A stretch of DNA of 64,000 nt from Shigella phage vB_SflM_004: sequence record MK295205; one strand, 5' to 3'. The translations under genes and the position numbers were made by a program. The notes beneath the pieces are model-generated. The model did not search any database. It had not been told where the DNA came from and saw nothing but the letters and a program-made list of their open reading frames with translations. Of the stretch, positions 59,486 to 64,000 are shown piece after piece (position 1 is the stretch's first letter; the number at the start of each line of letters is the position of its first letter).

Positions 59486-60481
59486 TTAAGCAACTCTCTT
59501 CCACACATAAACAACATAAGATGGTTGTTCAACACTGAAAGCTTGTCCACCACCAGATGCACCAGTTGTACCTGAGTGAGTGTGCTCAGAAGATTGAACT
59601 GTCACAGTACCACTGTGTGTATGTGAACCAATACCGACTGTGTGGCTGTGAGCACCAATACCGACTGTGTGGCTGTGGTCACCGGATGCACCAGATGTAA
59701 CATCTCCAATCGTCACAACGTGAGAGTGGTCACCTGCCCCATAAGTTGGTTGTGACGCATTACCAACACCTGCATCAGCCGTTGCCGTAATAGCATTCAC
59801 ACCACGTCCACCAACGTTCTGTACAAGAGCTTGGTGAGTGTGATTGCCAGAGTTGTTTGTATTCCTTGAACCATAGTCAAAAGTACTGGTATACTTAGTT
59901 CCATAGTCAAAGTCACTTGTAGATTTTGTACCATAATCAAACACACTCGTTGTCTTATTTCCGTGGTCGAAACTTGAAGCTGACGCACTATTACCATGCG
60001 TGTGTCCACCACCAGTTAACAATACAGAGTGTGTGTGACTTGGAATGTTATTTTGAGAAAGTGCTACAGATGCACTACCAAAATTAGTTTCAACTGGTCT
60101 TGTGTCAGAATCATAACCAACTAATGCTCTACCTTTAGAGACAAGTTCCCAAGTACCACCACAAAGTAAATATGTAGATGGGTTTGCAGGGTTAACTGAC
60201 AAATGGATAGTACCAATTGGGTAACTATTCTGGATAGCTCTATAAAGAGCATTCACAGCTTTTGCAGTAGCATACTTATCAGCATCTTCAGAGTAAGAGT
60301 TTGAATAAGTCCAGTATTGAATATTGGAGACATCTACCTGAATCTTGTTAGTATTGTGAGGGTTGTTCTTATCATTGATGTGGTTCTGAATAAGAGTATT
60401 AACTTCATCACTTGATAGAATATTAAGGTTCTGCCTAGCCTCTTCAACACTAACCACGTCTGACAAGTTATTAGCAGCCAT
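59486..60481 (-). CDS. tail fibre protein (His-rich)
   Basis: 331 aa; repeated HTH/HSH motifs (GDHSHVVTIG, GDHSHTVGIGAHSHTVGIGSHTHSG); conserved C-terminus ...YVVYVWKRVA. Confidence 0.6.
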   Translation of the reverse strand: MAANNLSDVVSVEEARQNLNILSSDEVNTLIQNHINDKNNPHNTNKIQVDVSNIQYWTYSNSYSEDADKYATAKAVNALYRAIQNSYPIGTIHLSVNPANPSTYLLCGGTWELVSKGRALVGYDSDTRPVETNFGSASVALSQNNIPSHTHSVLLTGGGHTHGNSASASSFDHGNKTTSVFDYGTKSTSDFDYGTKYTSTFDYGSRNTNNSGNHTHQALVQNVGGRGVNAITATADAGVGNASQPTYGAGDHSHVVTIGDVTSGASGDHSHTVGIGAHSHTVGIGSHTHSGTVTVQSSEHTHSGTTGASGGGQAFSVEQPSYVVYVWKRVA

Positions 60482-60677
60482 TAATTGGAGTGCGTTAACA
60501 ACATTACCAAGTTCTACGTGAACCTTTGTAACGCCGTGTGGGTTATTTCTTAAAGATGCGTGTGGAGCAAGTAATTGCTCAAGTGTGCAACGCTTATCCT
60601 CAAAAAAATGACACTTGTGTCAATAGGTAAAGAGGCTTGAGGCAATGCACTAATTTGAATTTCACCAACTGCCATTA

Positions 60678-62061
60678 TTAGCTCCCTTTATATTCGTATG
60701 TGTAAAGGTTAGTCGTGCTAGTGGGTGCAGTTCCTGTTACTGTGTCAATTAATTCCCAACCATTGGAAACTAAATCAGGTTGCTCCGTAGCAAATGAACG
60801 AACCTCTCCAACCGTACCATTTACTTTGTTAAGCAAATAGTTAATAATATAGTTAAACCACTGGCGACCCATAGGCTCTCCCCTTAATAGGCCAGTGGCT
60901 TGAATTTCTGGAGGTGGTAATACTTTAAGCTGGTTACTCCCTTCTTGTTGTGATTTATCTTTTCTACCTTTGACGATTTGAGCAACTTCTGCCATAATAC
61001 CATAATCGCCACCAGTTACCATTTCTTTACCAGCAATAAAATAGTCACTGCTATTGTTTGTCTTGCTGACTTTCATATAATCTTTACTGGTACTTCCACC
61101 AGTTTTGTCAACTCTAAAGTAACCATCCCTAATACCAGCATCTGCAAAGCTACCAAGCTTGTTAGCCTCCAGAGAACCACCTGTGTTGTTCGTAATAAGA
61201 CCCTTGTTAGTGTCTGTAACAAACCAGTTGTTGTTCTCATCAGTAATTGCCAGACGTTATTCAGCAACTTCTACAGGAGTCCACGCAGTACCATTTAGCG
61301 TAATATCTCTTATGATAACTGCTACACTAATAGTTGCCAGAGTTAATTCAGGAGATGTGTATGCTGTATCTACAACGTTGTTTCGAGTGTTTACACGAAC
61401 AACAATACCACCCGTCATAGGTGTGATATGTTCAAAGATTTGACTAAACGTTGCATTGTAGTGATGCCTAGCAAGTTCGTAAAAGCCTTTAACAGTGACA
61501 CTTTAAGGTCTGCACCAAATGCACGAATACCAGCAGGTTTTGTGTCCCAGATTGCTTGTGCGATGTTAACATTCTTATTGTTGAAAGAAGAAGCCCATAA
61601 AGCTTACTGTGAAGCCCATCATAATTTGTAGTCTCTGTGTCGTTCTCTACACCAGAAGCATCAGATACACCTTGAACCCTCTTGACAGCAGCTACAATAG
61701 CATCTAAAGTACCTACACCAGTAACGGCTAAGGATTCTAGATAACGCTGTCTAAGTTCTGTATCAGTTTCTTCGTTACGACCTGCTGTTAAATCGTATCT
61801 GTTAAATACCCCATCAAGACCATCTACAGTCGTTTCAATCTCAATAAAAACTCCACGGAGAGTTTGCAAAACTCCAGTTTCTTCAGCTACAACGTCACTA
61901 ATTGATACAATCTTTGTAAATGTTAGGAAGGTCGTTGCAGTTACAACCATAGGGTTTGTTCTTGCAATGATATCTCCAGTATCTTTATAGATTCTCAGAA
62001 GAGAACCGTCATTGATGACTTCAGCTTTTGCTGCAATACCACCATTGATAGAGTCTGCCAA
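60678..62061 (-). pseudogene. virion structural (baseplate/tail-fibre-like) coding region, fragmented
   Basis: ORFs 60678-61076 and 61489-62061 separated by frame breaks; cassette fragments at ~61251-61272, ~61336-61362 and ~61451-61512. Confidence 0.3.
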
Positions 62062-62117
62062 GTGTTGTAACAGAGTCGTAATGGTATCTGAGCTTGTAGG
62101 ATGGTAAGAGTACTAAG

Positions 62118-62650
62118 TTGACAAGGTGCCCTTATACAATATCTTATATAGGAGGGCTTATGAGCCACCGTGGAAGAACCCATGCAGCGATGATGAAAGG
62201 TGCTTCAAAGGAGACTATCAAGAATCGTAAGCAGAAGTATTTCAAATGTGGTGTCATCTGTTGTTACTTTATTCTTTTGAGATGTTTGAGAGAATGAACA
62301 GGCTAATTGACAATTCATCTCTTTCAGGTTCTGAGAAGGTTTTCTTGAAAGGTAATCTGAAAAGCATTGCACAAGAACTTATTGACATTGAGTATTGGAG
62401 ACATCAAAAATGACACTTGCAGACGTTATTCAGCTCCAGAGTTAATTCAGGAATGTCCATTGTAGTCATGCCTAGCAAGTTCGTAAAAACCTTTAACAAC
62501 GACGCTTTAAGGTCTACACACATCCTTATCGTGATTGCAAAAGACCGTACTGGAGTACTCAAAGGTGAACGTATTGATATTCTGGAGTCTGGGGAAGTGT
62601 TGGTAAAGGTTTTGACTGGACACTTCTTCGTGATTCCTTAAAAGTTCTGG
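62118..62650 (+). repeat. small-gene cassette, copy 2 (promoter-like leader, ORF1 with a 46-nt insertion, ORF2 variant)
   Basis: ttgacaaggtgcccttatacaatatcttatataggagggcttATG leader; MSHRGRTHAAMMKGASKETIKNRKQK... reading frame; ORF 62417-62641. Confidence 0.6.
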
Positions 62651-62658
62651 TATAAAAA

Positions 62659-62690
62659 CACAAAAGGGGAAGACCTTTTACAGTCTCCCC
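62659..62690 (-). terminator. rho-independent terminator
   Basis: Minus strand GGGGAGACtgtaaaagGTCTTCCCC followed by TTTTGTGTTTTT, after ORF 62740-63144. Confidence 0.45.
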
Positions 62691-62739
62691 CTTATTAGGA
62701 TTTGTCAAACGTTAAACGTAGTGATTGTTGAAGTGTAGT

Positions 62740-63144
62740 CTAACTTCTCACAACCAAAAATCCAAGTTTTAGAGTTCTGGTCACGTCCAAGTTCAATCTG
62801 TGGAAGCTCTTGCAACCAAGCATTATTACCAGAACTGAACCGGATGGGTCATAAATTACGAAGTTAGATGAAATGTCTTCTTCAAGTTCCATGTCATCTT
62901 GTTTAGCTTGAATTGCAGAAAGCATCTGGTTAGATAGAGAAGTCTGCATTAGCTCAATCTCAATCGTACCTGTTTTATCTGCGTTTCTTGTCAGAGCTAC
63001 TTGACCACCTGCACCTACAACTGGCGTAACAAGTGGAGAAGTTCTCTGAAGACGTAAGAATGAGTCTGGTGCAAAACCTTCAATGGCAATGCCATTCCAG
63101 CTACAAACTACATCTTTAGGGGAATATTGCTGATACATAGCCAT
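62740..63144 (-). CDS. putative virion structural protein
   Basis: 134-aa ORF in the structural block; no specific motif. Confidence 0.35.
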   Translation of the reverse strand: MAMYQQYSPKDVVCSWNGIAIEGFAPDSFLRLQRTSPLVTPVVGAGGQVALTRNADKTGTIEIELMQTSLSNQMLSAIQAKQDDMELEEDISSNFVIYDPSGSVLVIMLGCKSFHRLNLDVTRTLKLGFLVVRS

Positions 63145-63159
63145 TCCTATTTACTCCTA

Positions 63160-63468
63160 TTATTCGTAAGCCACTGTGCCTTTCAAGTCCACATCCAAGA
63201 TTGCCCCTGCTAAGATACCGTGGAAGGTAATGTCTTTCAGGATACGAGCTTTCTTATCTGCAAGTGATACTTGTGAGGCTTTAGGAACAGTAACGGTATA
63301 AGTAGACAAAAAGTTTCTGTTAACTGCTCTCTGAAGAGATGTTTCAATGACCTGACGAACACGAGTAATACCTGTATCATCATAAGTAATCTTACCACCC
63401 TTCTGATTAATTAGCAAGTCTCTTAGAGAAGTTTTCAAGTCTGATTCAAGCCAATCGACATCACTCAT
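63160..63468 (-). CDS. putative virion structural protein
   Basis: 102-aa ORF; 3-nt gap to the upstream ORF, so possibly one frame-broken gene. Confidence 0.35.
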   Translation of the reverse strand: MSDVDWLESDLKTSLRDLLINQKGGKITYDDTGITRVRQVIETSLQRAVNRNFLSTYTVTVPKASQVSLADKKARILKDITFHGILAGAILDVDLKGTVAYE

Positions 63469-63471
63469 TAT

Positions 63472-63816
63472 TTAAAAACATACACCACCAGAAGTGATAC
63501 CTCTACGCACTACGAGAGGTAGACTATCGTGAACAATAAGGTTACAGCTACGTGCATCAAGTGCTGACTTCTGAATGCTTGTCAGAGGTCTCTTGTTAGC
63601 TGGCTGCATAGATGCTGCTACACCAGTTAACTGAGCATTACCCCAAGCAATAGAACCTGCATCGTATGGAGCACCATAAGCAATGTAAGCCATTTCTGGG
63701 TAGTCAAAGCTTGCTGTGTGATGCCATAGACATACTGTACGAGTGTACTTACTCTTAGAGAGTTGTGTGAAAGCAATGGTTGCAGAAGCCAGTTCAGTTC
63801 CTTGCAGAGCTTTCAT
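63472..63816 (-). CDS. putative virion structural protein
   Basis: 114-aa ORF in the same block. Confidence 0.35.
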   Translation of the reverse strand: MKALQGTELASATIAFTQLSKSKYTRTVCLWHHTASFDYPEMAYIAYGAPYDAGSIAWGNAQLTGVAASMQPANKRPLTSIQKSALDARSCNLIVHDSLPLVVRRGITSGGVCF

Positions 63817-64000
63817 GTCATTGCTTGCCTTGGAGTAATTTTTCTATCTGGCTGTAATCCCTCATTGCAGTAACGAACTGTGAAGTTCTGTCTTCAGTTG
63901 CAATAAAGTACCAATCAGTTGAGTACGTTTCAATTGCAGCCAGAGCTACAGAAGCACTATCAGCAGTTGTTGCAGAGATTGAAAGAGTCTGTGCAGTTGT

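Noticed and set aside
57900-62700. Invertible shufflon or DNA-inversion (Gin/Cin-type) system for tail-fibre switching
   Set aside because: The repeated pieces are different segments of one cassette in direct orientation, not a repeated recombination site in inverted orientation, and no serine or tyrosine recombinase gene is present nearby.

Overview
The window is a gene-dense segment of a virulent tailed dsDNA phage genome, AT-rich by eye (composition not computed). Gene content resembles Felix O1-like (Ounavirinae) myoviruses, but that is an inference from content, not a database match. Layout: (1) 1-3.9 kb, plus-strand small genes including a ~1.4 kb tandem segmental duplication; (2) 3.9-6.0 kb, a gene-free, repeat-dense region; (3) 6.0-13.4 kb, about 20 small minus-strand early-type ORFs separated by two families of stereotyped hairpin+RBS intergenic elements; (4) 13.9-44.4 kb, a long minus-strand block with a macro-domain protein, an overlapped spanin pair, rIIA/rIIB, a NAMPT-family plus Prs-family gene pair split by an HNH endonuclease, anaerobic and aerobic ribonucleotide reductases, further HNH and GIY-YIG-like genes, a flap endonuclease, a T7-type primase-helicase and dNMP kinase; (5) 44.7-47.4 kb, plus-strand family A DNA polymerase; (6) 47.4-56.3 kb, a mosaic plus-strand region with HNH pseudogene remnants, GGT-rich repeat elements, and frameshifted frd and td; (7) 56.3-64 kb, minus-strand tail-fibre and structural genes that are heavily frame-disrupted and carry short fragments of a small-gene cassette. 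The most interesting candidate is the NAMPT-like plus Prs-like pair with no NMNAT partner, which fits a two-enzyme ADP-ribose-based NAD+ reconstitution (anti-defence) module, possibly working with the nearby macro-domain protein. All calls rest on motif reading of the supplied ORF translations; no searches were run. Coordinates counted by hand (repeats, terminators, small unlisted ORFs) may be off by a base or two.
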